From Squalus acanthias (lineage: Eukaryota), in assembly GCA_030390025.1 (NCBI GenBank), contig CM059431.1, positions 127,722,001 to 127,786,000 on the forward strand: a stretch of 64,000 nucleotides of DNA, in the 5' to 3' direction. The translations under genes and the position numbers were made by a program. Below are positions 13,159 through 26,104 of the stretch, piece by piece. Under the pieces are notes generated by a model. It had not been told where the DNA came from. It saw only the letters and a program-made list of their open reading frames with translations, and did no database searches. Within the stretch, counting starts at the first letter, position 1. Every line of letters starts with the position of its first letter.

Positions 13159-15010
13159 ATGACTGCTTCAAGACCAAAGGCCTCACCAAGATTCGATGAT
13201 GACTCCCTCCATGCTCTTGTGGAGGGAGTGAGAGGGCACCAAGAGGTACTGTTCCCCTCAATGGACGGAGGAAGCTTCCTCAGCAAACCAAAGCAGCCTG
13301 GCTGCAAATTGCTCCAGGTCTTTGTGTGCTCGCTCCTGGGTTCAGTGCAGGAAAAGGTTCAATGACCTGCTACGCTCAGCAAAAATGAGTATAACATCAC
13401 ACTTGCCTTCAATCTGCTCCCCATCTCCTCTCATCACCAGCACTCTGCATTGTCAACCTACTCCTGCACATCCCACTTTACCCTTACATCCCTTGCACCC
13501 TTAACCATCCCTCTCTCCCTATGTACAGAATCACTTCACCATTCTACTATGCACCCCTCACACTCGCTATCACTGTTATGCAGTGACAACAACTAACAAT
13601 GCACAGGGAGGGCCCTTGGTATTGACACCTCACTCCATCTTTGTCTCCCTCTAAGCATCTATGCTATGGATTCTCTACACTCACTCCAACATTCTCACTC
13701 AAACTCCACTTGTGTCCCTCATTGCAGGAAAAGAGAGCCCACAATAAGAGGCAGAGGGGCAGGACAGGAGGAGGGCCACCTTCCATGGGGCACTTGACCA
13801 CCGCTGAGGAGGCTGCTCTCGACATCATCGGAGGTGCTGAGGAGCTGGAAGTGGGGGATGGAGAGACGGGCGCAGTAGAGCAAGCTGGTGACAGGATAGA
13901 TTTGCAGCCCTCTCATTTACATTGCATGAGTGACTGATATGGCATCTGATGATCATACAAATTGAGTTCTGATCATCTGCAAATGTCGATGTGTCTGCTA
14001 TGTTAATATCACATGTCTAACTCATGCCTTTACTCCACCACAGGACCATCGAGAGCGCCCCTCCCCACTGTCCAGGAGGAAGAGCCGGAAGGCTCCTCAG
14101 AGGATGCTGCAACCTCTGAGGGAGCAGCGTTAGCAGAATTGAGCGCACCGCGGTGGATCATTCATAAGATAGATTAGTGTTGTCACCTGGTGTATCACAG
14201 CTCACAAGTGAGCATCAGCAGATGGTGGAGACAGGGACAGCAGTGGAGAGTCCTCGTCGGAGGCTGCAGGACGCTCCCAGCTCTGCTCAGCTGCATGTGG
14301 ACCCTGTGCCTCTGGGGCCATCCAGAAAGAGAGCAGTGCTGGAACTTCAGGAACAAGTGCAGGAGTCTCTGACAGAGTTTGCAACCACTGTAACTGCGAG
14401 TGTGCAGAGAATGGAGGCGTTCATCTCAAACATGAGCAATGCCGTGGTGCACGCAATGGCGAATGTAGTTGCCGCCATGGAAAGGATGGCAACCTCCATG
14501 GAGGACATAAATCGCCAGAAGCAAATGAACATGGTGACTCTTCTAAATAGATGGTTTGCTATGGAGGATAGATAGACATCTATTGAAAAGAGGAATCAGA
14601 GGTACATGGACGTCCCCGTTATGAGGACTGTCAGTACAGAGATGGGTCCTCATGGCCCCACTGATGTGCAGCAAGGTGCTCTCCAGCTACTTGCTAGCAG
14701 TGAAGTGCGGGCAACCCATGAGAGGGATGTTGGTGGTCGACAACAAGGAAGTGTCGGCTCCTCTCCAAGCGCTCACACTCCCATGCCACTGCGGAGCCCT
14801 CAGTCAGAGCCCCAGATTCCTCACCCAACCGAGATGGCCATCTCAGCCCCTGCACAGCCACAGGAGGAGCAGACTGTTGCGGAGCCCTCCCAGGCTCCAA
14901 AACCCAGAGGACGCCCGCCAAAGGTATCGAAGCAGGAGCAGCATGAAAGTGAGCAAGGTGCCTCAACATCTGCTAAAGCCATAGGGGAAGCACCACGTAG
15001 AGAAAGTTAA
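13159..15010 (+). pseudogene. Harbinger Myb/SANT-like DNA-binding protein gene, 3 exons (approx. 13159-13384, 13728-13887, 14044-15010), disrupted
   Basis: PRFDDDSLHALVEGV...RSWVQCRKRFNDL and EKRAHNKRQRGRTGGG motifs; acceptors TTGCAG and CCACAG; donor GTGACA; first donor mutated to ATGAGT; frameshifts and stops. Confidence 0.8.
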
Positions 15011-15307
15011 CACACAAATAGTCATAAGGGTAGTCCCTTGGGTGTTTTGATGTAATACAAAGTAAAGATTATCATCGTTATTTCAATTGTAATAAAGAAA
15101 TGCGATGGCAAAGATTCAAAGACTTAGCCTATGTGTGCCCAGAAATGGAAGTGTCACAGTGAGGGGTCAGGGCACCTTTCATCTGTAATGATGGTGGTGA
15201 GAGTGATAGGAACACACAGTTTATTGTATAGATGCTGTATGGTGTGTTAAGAAGGTCAGCCAGACACTCATTTCCATGTGGCAGCCACATGTGTTTGCTT
15301 CATAAAC

Positions 15308-16530
15308 TTAAGCGAATCTGGCATGGATTAGTGCATCCCTTGTCTCACGGCCAGCAATGTGCTCGCGTGCAAGTGGAACTGGCACATTCGCCTCCACAAG
15401 GTCTTCCTCTTCCTCCTCCTCCTCCTCTGAGGAGGAGGAGGCTGTGCACTGAGCCACTTGTTCCTCAGGCAGCGGTAAGCCACGCTGCTGTGCGATGTTG
15501 TGCAGTGCACAGCAGACCACGATGATTCTGGAGACCCTGGCTGGTGAGTACTGTAGGGCTCCACCAGATCTGTCGAGGCATCTGAATTGCATTTTGAGCA
15601 GGCCGATGGTTTGCTCTAAGATGCCTCTAGTGGAAATGTGGCTCACATTTTAGCGCTCCTCAGCTTCGTTTGATGGCCTCCTCATCGGTGTCATTAGCCA
15701 CGTCTTCAGGGGATAGCCCTAGTCTCCAAGTAGCCATCCCGAAAGTTGGGTTGGCGGATTGAAGAGCTGAGGCACAGTAGACTGCCGCAGGATGAACGAG
15801 TCTTGGCAACTGCCAGGGAACTTGGCGCAAACATGCATAATGTTCTTCCTGTGGTTACACATCAGCTGGACGTTAACGGAGTGGAAGCCCTTGCGGTTGA
15901 CAAATACAGCTGGGTTGTGATGGGGTGCCCTAATAGCCACATGTGTGCAGTCTACGACACCCTGCACCCTTGACAAGCCTGCTATATTTGCAAAGCCAAC
16001 CGCACGCGCGGTTACACTTGCTTCATCCGTGGAGAAGTGAATGTAATTGTGCGACTTTGCAAAGAGGTCATCGGTAACCTGATGCAAGTGTGTGTGGCCG
16101 ACTGGGTGATGCCGCTGATGTCTGCTGATGATCCTTGGAAGGACCCTGAAGCAAAGAAGTTGAGTGCATTGGTGACTTTGACAGCCACTGGTAAGGAGTG
16201 TCCACCCGCTCCTCTGGGCTCCAGGTGTTGGTGCAGCATTGCGCAGATGTCAGCAACTACCTCTCGCGAAAGTCTCAGCCTCCTTTGGCACTGCTGCTCA
16301 GTCATGTTGAGGAAGGTCATCCTCGGCCTGTAAACCCTGTGTTGGGGGTATCTCCTGCAGCAAGGTGCAGCCCTGCACTGACGCCCTCTGCCCTGTGCAG
16401 CATCAGGTGGCTGAGGAGAAGGTTGGCGCTCCTGCTGTTGTTGCTGCTGTTGTGCCTGGTTCTGCTGCTGCCGCGGCTGCTCTTCCTCCAATTCTAAGGA
16501 CCAGGATGAGAGGGTATAAATGGTTCCCAT
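15308..16530 (-). pseudogene. Harbinger (HARBI1-like, DDE_Tnp_4) transposase, frameshifted
   Basis: [55 protein letters not shown] split over three frames. Confidence 0.9.
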
Positions 16531-18874
16531 TCTGCTGCTATATATCTCAGTTGAGGAATAGATGTTATAAGCGCTCAGTTAATGTGGGGAGAGGGTTTTC
16601 CAAGGAGGTCACCGTGCATATGGATCTCAGCTTAAACACTTACAAGCTCAATAGACCTGCAAAATATGTTCCAACACCTCAAAACACAAAGTTCTGCCAT
16701 CTGAAAGTCAGCCATGTTACAGGTCCGCTTTTATGCTGCACGTGCAGTTGTTAAGAATTCAGGTAGTTGCTGAACCCGGCACAATCAGCTGGCGTGATTG
16801 GCTTCCGATGTGGAACACGCTGAAAACGTAGTAAAATGGGTAGAGCCTGGTAAAATGGGATTATGTAGTCAGTTAACAAGCTGTTAACTGCCTTGAGTGC
16901 CTCTCCCGCCGTTTGGTGTCGGGTCTGATCGGGACTCGCAGACCCGACATTTTGTAAAGTTGCGTGGAGGCGGGATGGCGGCGGGTTCACAACCCGCCAT
17001 CAATCATTTAGATTTTCACTCCTGACCCGCCTTCAAACCCGCCCTCTGAGCGCCGGCAAAATTGTGGCCATAGTGTCTTTTTTTAACTTTTATTTCACTT
17101 TTTTAGGAGGCATAGGCTTAATATTTGGCAATAACGCTACTCCCTGCATTTCCTTTATTACTATAGTATTAATGTGTGTACCAGCATCATGCCATAACAG
17201 CTAAAAGCTCTTTAAAAAAATATATGGTCAAAACTGGACACCAGGAATTTCCCTGGACATACAATGTTAAGACAATTTTAAAAATAGGATAGTATACATG
17301 CATTAGATTCCCCTATGTGGAGTTGCCCTTTTAATATAAATTTCAAAGTTGCACAGTTAGTAGTTAAACAGCTCTCTGTTACCGCCTGCCAATTTCCCAG
17401 CATGAGCAAAGCTAGCATTATTCATAGCTATGGGTTATGGGGTCAAACAAATGTCATTAAAATGAAAGGCAGCCCTAAGATTTAATATAATTATTGGTCT
17501 CTTATCTGTATGGATATGCTTTGAAATATTCTCTGCATGATATTAAACATTTCAAATCAGAATCTTAATTACAGAATAAGAACATTGAGTTTTTAATCTT
17601 AGATGTTCCTCCTGGAGTGCTCAAGGCAACATTATTAGAACATAATTGCACATTAATATAATATTCCCATTCATTGAGGTGGGCGACAGCTATCATTTAT
17701 TCTATACATTATGAATCATTTCTGTTTACAAGAAAAGTTCTTATCTGCACACATACATTTGCATCAGGCACATATACAGTATTTTGCAAGTTTAAAGGTA
17801 TTTCATCAGTGATTTAGTTAAATCCGAAACTAGGGTCTTAAATCTAAACAGAGCAAACTATGTAGGTATGAGGGGTGAATTAGCTAAGGTAGATTGGGAA
17901 ACTACATTAAAAGGTATGACAGTAGACAAGTAATGACTAACATTTAAAGAAATAATACCTAATTTACAACAAATATACATTCCTTTAAGGCACAAAAACC
18001 CCACAGGAAAAGTGGTCCAACCGTGGCTAACAAGAGAAGTTAAGGATACTATTAGATCAAAGGAAGAGGATTATAATGTTGCCAAGAAGAGTAGTAAGCC
18101 TGAGGATGGGGTGGATTTTAGAATTCAGCAAAGGAGGACCAAGAAATTGATAAAGAAAGGGAAAATAGAATATGAGAACAAACTAGCGAGAGACATAAAA
18201 ACAGACTGTAAAAGCTTCTATAGCTATATAAAAAGGAAATGATTAGCAAAAGTAAATGTGGGTCCCTTACAGGCTGAGACAGGAGAAATTATAATGTGGA
18301 ATAAGGAAATCGCAGAGAAATTAAACAAATACTTTGGCCGCGATTTTGTCGGCCCTCAGAGGGCGGATTTGGAGGCAGGTCCACAGTTAAAATCTAAATG
18401 ATTGATGGTGGTTTGCTAACCCGCTGCCATCCCACCTCCATGCAACTTTACAAAGTGTCAGGTCTGCGACTTCCAATCAGACCCGACACCAAGCGACAGG
18501 AGAGCCACTTAAGGCAGTTAACAGCTTGTTAAATGCCTGGATAATCCTATTTTGAGAGGCTCTTCCCATTTTGCAACATTCTCAGCGTGTTGCACGTCAT
18601 GCGACAAACACGCCAGCTGATTGTGCCGGGTTCAGCAACGAGCTGAATTCTTGACAGGTGCACCTGCAGCATAAAAGCTGACCTGTAACATGGCTGACTT
18701 TCAGATGCCAGAACTTTGTGTTTTGAGGTTTTGGAACACATTTTGCAGGTGTATAGAGCTTGTAAGTGTTTAAGCTGAGATCCATATGCACTGTGACCTC
18801 CTTGGAAAACCCTCTCCCCACATTGACTGAGCGCTTATAACATCTATTCCTCAACTGAGATATATACCAGCAGA

Positions 18875-20102
18875 ATGGGAACCATTTATACCCTCTCATC
18901 CTGGTCCTCAGAATCGGAGGAAGAGCAGCCACGACAGCAGCAGAACCAGGCACAACAGCAGCAGCAACAACAGGAACGCCAACCTTCTCCTCAGCCACCT
19001 GATGCTGCACAGGGCAGAGGGTGTCAGTGCAGGGCTGCACCTCGCCGCAGGAGATACCCCCAACACAGGGTTTAGAGACAGAGGATGTGCTTCCTCAGCA
19101 TGAGTGAGCAGCAGTGCCAAAGGAGGCTGAAACTTTCGCCAGAGGGAGTCGCTGACATCTGCACAATGCTGCACCAACACCTGGAGCCCAGAGGAGCGGG
19201 TGGACACTCCTTACCAGTGGCTGTCAAAGTCACCACTGCACTCAACTTCTTTGCTTCAGGATCCTTCCAGGGATCATCAGCAGACATCAGCAGCATCCCC
19301 CAGTCAGCCGCACACAGTTGCATCACGCAGATTACCAATGCCTTCTTTGCCAAGTCGCACAATTACATCCACTTCTCCATGGATGAAGCAAGTGTTACTG
19401 CGCTGCCAGTTGTGTTTGCAAATATGGCAGGCTTCCCAAGGGTGCAGGGCGTCGTAGACTGCACACATGTGGCCATTAGGGCACCCCATCACAACCCAGC
19501 TGTATTTGTCAACCGCAAGTGCTTCCACTCTCTTAACGTCCAGCTGGTGTGTAACCACAGGAAGAACATTATGCATGTTTGCGCCAAGTTCCCTGGCAGT
19601 TACCATGACTCGTTCATCCTGCGGCAGTCTACTGTGCCTCAGCTGTTCAATCCGCCAACCCAACTTTCGGGATGGCTACTTGGAGACAATAGATATCCCC
19701 TGAAGACCGATGAGGAGGCCATCAAATGAAGCTGAGGTGCCCTACAATGTGAGCCACATTTCCACCAGAAACATCATAGAGTGAACCATCAGCTTGCTGA
19801 AAATGTACTTCAGATGCCTGGACAGATCTGGTGGAGCCCTTCAGGACGCACCAGCCAGGGTCTCCAGAATCATCGTGGTCTGCTGTGCCCTGCACAACAT
19901 CGCACAGCAGCGTGGCTTACCGTTGCCTGAGGAACGAGTGGCTCAGCGCACAGCCTCCTCAGAAGAGGGGGAGGACAAGGAGGAGAAGGATGCGGCAGAT
20001 GAGGAAGAACTTTAGGAGGCGAATGTGCCAGTTCCACCAGCACGCGAGCTCATTGCTGGCCGTGAGGCAAGGGATACACTAATCCATGCCAGCTTTGCGT
20101 AA
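18875..20102 (+). pseudogene. Harbinger (HARBI1-like) transposase, disrupted
   Basis: ORFs 18875-19075, 19085-19729 and 19794-20015 carry [36 protein letters not shown]; in-frame stops and a deletion. Confidence 0.9.
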
Positions 20103-20388
20103 GTTTACGCAGCAAACACATGTAGCTGGCACATGGAGATGAGTGTCTGCCCGACCTTCTTAACACACCATACAGCATCTGTACAATAAACTATGGTTTC
20201 CTATTACTCTCCCCATCATCATTACAGATGAAATGTGCCCTGACTCCTCACTGTGCATCTTCCATTTCTGAACACACATAGGTCAACTCTGTCAATCTTT
20301 GACATCCAATTTCTTTAATACAATTAAAATAACAATGAGAAACATAACTTTGTATTAAATCCAAACACCCAAGTGATTACCTTTGTGA

Positions 20389-22278
20389 TTATTTGTGTGT
20401 TAACTTTCTCTTACGCGTGCTTCTACATGGTGCTTCTCCTGTGGCTTCAGCAGATGTAGAGGCACCTTGCTCACTTCTATGCTGCACCTGCTTAGATGCG
20501 TTTGGCGGGCATCCTCTGGGTTTGGGAGCCTGGGAGGGCCCCGCAACAGTCTGCTCCTCCTGCATCTGTGCAGGGGCTGAGATGGCCATCTCGGTTGGGT
20601 GAGGAATCTGCAGCTCAGACTGAGGGCTCCGCAGTGGCATGGGAGTGAGAGCGCTTGGAGAGGAGCCCACAGTTGTTGTTGACCACCAACATCCCTCTCA
20701 TGGGTCGCCCGCACTTCACTGCTAGCAAGTAGCTGGAGAGCACCTTGCTGCACATCAGTGGGGCCATGAGGACCCGTCTCTGTACTGACAGTCCTCATAA
20801 CAAGGATGTCCATGAACCTCTGGTGTCTCTCCTCAAATAGATGTCCATCTCTCATCCATAGCAGACAATCTATTTTGAAGAGTGACCATGTTTTCGTTAG
20901 TCTGGCGAATTATGTCCTCCATGGCGGTTGCCACCCTCTCCATGGCAGAATGTTCATGCGCCATTGCCTCCACAAAGGCAGTGCTCATGTTAGAGATGGA
21001 CTCCTCCATTCTCTCCACACTCGCAGTTACCCTGGATGCAAAATCTGCCAGAGACTCCTGCAATTGTTCCTGGAGTTCCAGCACCGCTCTCTTTCTGAAT
21101 GGCCCCAGAGGCACAGCGTCCACATGCAGCTGAGCAGAGCTGGGAGCATCCTACGGCCTCCGATGAGGACTCTCCACTGCTGTCCCTGTCTCCACCATCT
21201 GCTGATGCTCAGTTGTGACCTGTGATACACCAGGTGACAACACTAATCTATCTCGCGAATGACCCACTGAGGTGTGGTCTCTGTGTTGGTGCTGGGTACA
21301 CTCATTTCTGCTAACGCTGCTCCCTCAGAGGCTGCAGCTTCCTCTGAGGAGTCGTCTAGCTCGTCCTCCTGGACAGTGGGGAGGGGGGCTCTCGATATTC
21401 CTGTGGGGGAGTAAAGGCATTAGTTAGACATGTGATATTAACGTAGCAGGCACATCCCATTGTGCAGATGATCAGAAGTCAATCTGTATGAACATCAGAT
21501 GCCATATCAGTCACTCATGAAATCTAAATAAGAGAGTTGCAAATCTATTCTGTCACCAGCTTGCTCTACTGCGCCCGTCTCACCGTCCCCCACTTCCAGC
21601 TCCTCAGCACCTCCATAGATGTTGATAGCAGCCTCCTCAGCATTGGTTAAATGCGCAATTGAAGTTTGCCCTCCTCCTGTCCTCCCCCTCTCCCTCTTAT
21701 TGTGGGCTCTCTTCTCCTGCAATGAGGGAGACAAGTGAAGTTTAAGCGAGAATGTTGGAGTGAGTGTAGAGAATCCATAGCATAGATGCTTAGAGGGAGA
21801 CAAAGATGGAGTGAGGTGCCAATACCAAGGGCCCTCCCTGTACATTATTAGTTGTTGTCATTGCATAACAGTGATAGCGAGTGTGAGGGGTGCATAGTAG
21901 AATGGTAAAGTGATTCTTTACATAGAGGGAGAGAGATGGTTAAGGGTGCAAGGGATGTAAGGGTAAGTTGGGATGTGCAGGAGTAGGTTGACAATGCAGA
22001 GTGCTGGTGATGAGAATAGATGGGGAGCAGATTGAAGGTAAGTGTGATGTTATACTCACTTTTGCTGAGCGTAGCAGATCATTGAACCTTTTCCTACACT
22101 GAACCCAGGTGAATGAACACAAAGACCAGGCGCTCACCTTCTCAGCAATTTGCAGCCAGGCTGCTTTGGTTTGCTGAGGAGGCTTCCTCCGTCCATTGCA
22201 CCCACTTACTCCCTCCACAAGAGCATTGAGGGAGTCATCATCAAATTGGGGAGAAGCCTTGGCTCTTGCAGCAGTCAT
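20389..22278 (-). pseudogene. Harbinger Myb/SANT-like gene (3 exons), disrupted
   Basis: PQFDDDSLNALVEGV, AWLQIAEKV, TWVQCRKRFNDL followed by a GTGAGT donor; C-terminal RSTRKRK; homologous to 13159-15010. Confidence 0.8.
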
Positions 22279-24679
22279 CTCGCTAACAGTAACACTGAGA
22301 AGCAGCAGAAAGTGAATAAAACACAAAGGCTGCATGGAACCCTTAAATGCAGCTGAATCGAAGACGTCAGCAGAGGCGAGCAGCAGACCCGAACCTGATG
22401 ATTGGGCCGGGTAACGCGCATGGCGGGCTTAATCAGCCCAGTTAACTCAAAATCCTTAACGCAGTGCAGCTGAAACTGGCAGCGGGACTGAAACCCGCCG
22501 AGCAGTGAACCCAAAGCAAACCCGCCTACGAAGGCAAAATCACGGCCTTTGTGTCTGTCTTCATGGAAGAGATGCAAAAAACCTCCCGGAAATCGTGGAG
22601 AACCAAGGGTCTCGCAAGAATGAGGAACTGAAAGAAATTAGTATTAGAAAAAATAAATAGTACTGGAGAAATTAATGGGACGGAAAGCCGATAAATCCCC
22701 TGGTCCTGATGGCCTACAACCTCGGGTTTTGAAAGAGTTGGCTATGGACACAGTGGATGCATTGGTTGTCATCTTCCAAAATTCCATAGGTTCTAGAACA
22801 GTTCCCGTGGATTAGAAGGTAGCAAATGTAACCCCACTATTTAAGAAAGGAGGGAGAGAGAAAATGGGGAACTACAGACCAGTTAGCATGACATCAGTAG
22901 TAGGGAAAATGCTTGAATATATTACTAAGGACATGGTAACAGGACACTTAGAAAATAATAATAGGATTGTGCAGAGTCAACATGGATTTATGAAAGGGAA
23001 ATCATGTTTGACAAATCTGTTAGAGTTTTTGAGGTTGTAACTAGCAGAATAGATAAGGGGGAACCAGTGGATGTGGTGTATCTGGATTTTCAGAAGGCAT
23101 TCGATAAGGTGCCACACAAGAGGTTATTAAACAAAATTAGGGCTCATGGGATTGGGGGTAATATACTAGCATGGATTGAGGATTGGTTAACGGGCAGAAA
23201 AAAGAGTAGGAATAAACAGGTAATTTTTGTGTTGGCAGGCTGTAGTGGGGTACCGCAAAGATCAGTGCTTGGGCCTCAGCTATTCACAATCTATATCAAT
23301 GATTTGGATGAGGGGACCAAATGCAATATATCCAACTTTACTGACGATGCAAAGCTGGGTGGGAATGTAAGTTGTGAGGAGGATACAAAAAGGCTTCAAG
23401 GGGATATAGACAGGCTAAGTGAGTGGGCAAGAACATGGCAAATGGAATATAATATGGAGAAATGTGAAGTTATCCACTTTGGTAGGAAAAATAGAAAAGC
23501 AGAATATTTTTTAAATGGTGAGAGATTGGGAAATGTTGGTGTTCAGAGGGACCTGGGTGTCCTTGTATACGAATCACTGAAAGTTAGCATGCAGGTACAT
23601 CAATCAATTAGGAAAGCAAATGGTATGTTAGCCTTTATTACAAGAGGATTTGAGTATAAGATTAAAGACGTCTTACTGCAATTATATAGGGCCCTGGTGA
23701 GACCACACCTGGAATATTGTGTACAGTTTTGGTCTCCTTACCTAATGAAGGATATAGTTGCCATAGAGGGAGTGCAATGAAGGTTCACCAGACTGGTTCC
23801 TGGGATGGGGGTATTGTCCTATGAGGAGAGATTGAGTAGACTGGGCCTATATTCTCTAGAGTTTAGAAGAATGAGAGGTGATCTCATTGAAACATACAAA
23901 ATCCTTACCGGGCTTGACAGGGTAGATGCAGGGAGGATGTTTCCCCTGGCTGGGGAGCCTAGAACCAGGGGTCACAGTCTTAGAATAAGGGGTTGGCCAC
24001 GTAGGACTGAGATAAGGAGAAATTTCTTCACTCAGAGGGTGGTGAATCTTTGGAATTCTCTACCCCAGAGGGCTGTGGAGGCTCAGTTGTTGAGTATATT
24101 CAAGACAGAGATCGATAGATTTTTGGGTATTGAGGGAATCCAGGGATAGTGAAGGAAAGTGGAGTTGAGGTAGAAGATCAGCCATGATTTTATTGAATGG
24201 CAGAGCAGGCTCGATGGGCCAAATGGCCTACTTCTGCTCCTATTTCTTATGTTCTTAGTACATCGAGCAGATTGAAAAGTAATATTGTTGGAAACCCTAA
24301 TATTTTGTTCATGTTTAGTGCTGATCTGACACTACTCCTGCAACAAAGGAGTAAAAAAGACTTGTGAAAGCCTTGTTAAGCATCACTAATAATGCAGAAA
24401 CACATCAAAAAGCAAGTATTTGACTACAGGTTAATGAGTTTAACAAAGAGTGAGATTTTGAATTATCACCACAGTACTAATTGAAGTACAGAGGACTTTT
24501 TTTCTCCAAAGCCATCTTTGTAACAGCTATTAGTGGGTCTATTGCAGTGGAGCAGGAAAAGGAGAGAATAGCTATAGAATGCCAATGACATATGAGGGAC
24601 ATGAATCACAGCAGGTAATACCCTAGGAATTGAGCAGGTACACTATGACCCGGATATTTATGGGAAGGTGAGGTGTGAA

Positions 24680-24798
24680 TGTAATATATGTGGGAAGAAC
24701 AAATGAAGGCCAGAGACATGATGAGTTGCTAGTCAAGGTGCTTGTTTACTAGGCCAGAGCAAACTGAGCATGTTCATACCAAACTATGTGCCATTACA
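24680..24798 (-). repeat. Gypsy 3' LTR (short); polypurine tract adjacent at 24799-24813
   Basis: Matches 34153-34397; on the minus strand GAAGGGGGAAAGCAG directly precedes it. Confidence 0.8.
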
Positions 24799-26104
24799 CT
24801 GCTTTCCCCCTTCAAAAAAATGTACATATTCTCCTCTCAAATACAACAAAACTATGGTCCCACCTTTCCCAGCATTAATGTACCATATAACAAAGACTCC
24901 TGTCATTTTTTCTTTTAAATTAACTACAAATGCTACAAATGAACTACAAATCCAGTTTAATAATAGGTTTGTGGAGCCTTCCTGATCTCCTTACAAAAGG
25001 TTTTGGTGTTGAACCATTTTTCGGGCTGTTTTGTTCTGGTCCTGAACTCAAAGAAGTAGGTCCCATCACTCTGTTTCCCCACTTGATACTACCTTGCCCA
25101 CAAGACAATTCAGTACAACGGTTATGGAATGGTTTCAATTCTGTGTCCATACACTGATCAGTCCATCCAGTGAAGGTGTTTTCATACACTCTCTTCAGTA
25201 CTGAGTCCTTTCGTGCCTCATCTGCAATCTTAGTTGCATTCACGGGAAAGTCTTTGTCAACTGCACCTAGCATGAAAATCGCACCTTCACTCCCAACACA
25301 CAAGTCCTCATGTGGCAACCTGGACAAGGAATCTGTGATTGCTTTTGCTTTGAAGTGCGATATTCAATCGTGTAGTCATATTGTGACAACAACACTGCCC
25401 AATGTTGCATTCTTGATGCGACCATTGCAGGGATGGCAGATTTGGGCCCCAATATTGCAAGGAGCGGTTTGTGATTGGTTATCAGGGTAAACTTTCTGCC
25501 GATCAGGAACTGTTGGAATTTCTTGGCGAGTGCTTCCTTTTCAATTTGTGCGTAGTTTCTTTCACTCTTTGTGAGGGTTTGCAATGCGAATGCGATTGGT
25601 TTCTCTTGGCCGTCATTCATTACGTGACTTATGACAGCTCCCACATCATAGCTAGAAGCATCACACGCTAACTTAAGTTCACGCTCTGTGACGGAGTGCA
25701 CAAGTAGAACATCACTAGAGAGACTTCTCTTACAAGCATCGTAAGCTTCCTGTTGCGCTTTTGTCCACTTCCACTGGGCATCTATCTTGAGGAGCTCATG
25801 CAATGGAGCTCGTGCAATCATCGTCAACTGCTTGGTTGGTAGTAAATTTGTAGTCACTGCACAAGCGTACAGTTTTGTCTGCTTTGGGCACTACCACAAT
25901 CGGGGTAGCCCATTCACTTTTGCCAGTTTTTACTAGCACTCTGTTCTCTCTCAATTTCTCGAGCTCTTCCTCCACCTGACTTTTGAACACATAGGGGACC
26001 GGCCTTGCCTTACAATAGACAGGCTTTGCGTTGGACTTGATGCGGATATGCGCATCATACCCAGTGATGCCCTCATAACTGTCTGAGAACATTCTTTTAT
26101 ACTT

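Larger units (their letters stand above)
12888..17069. mobile_element. Harbinger/PIF DNA transposon copy A (~4.2 kb)
   Basis: TIRs GGCCGTGATTTT / AAAATTGTGGCC; convergent Myb/SANT gene (+) and DDE transposase (-); colinear with 18336-22547 in the opposite orientation. Confidence 0.9.
18336..22547. mobile_element. Harbinger/PIF DNA transposon copy B (~4.2 kb)
   Basis: TIRs GGCCGCGATTTTG / CAAAATCACGGCC; TSD TTT (AAATAC-TTT|element|TTT-GTGTC restores the CR1 sequence). Confidence 0.92.
17805..24257 (+). mobile_element. 5'-truncated CR1 LINE (ORF2 linker, RT, 3'UTR), interrupted by Harbinger B
   Basis: [49 protein letters not shown]; tail TTCTTATGTTCTTA; sequence resumes seamlessly across 18336-22547. 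Confidence 0.92.

Noticed and set aside
15308..20102. Host HARBI1 / NAIF1 domesticated genes
   Set aside because: Copies are inside TIR-bounded elements, multi-copy, and carry stops and frameshifts.
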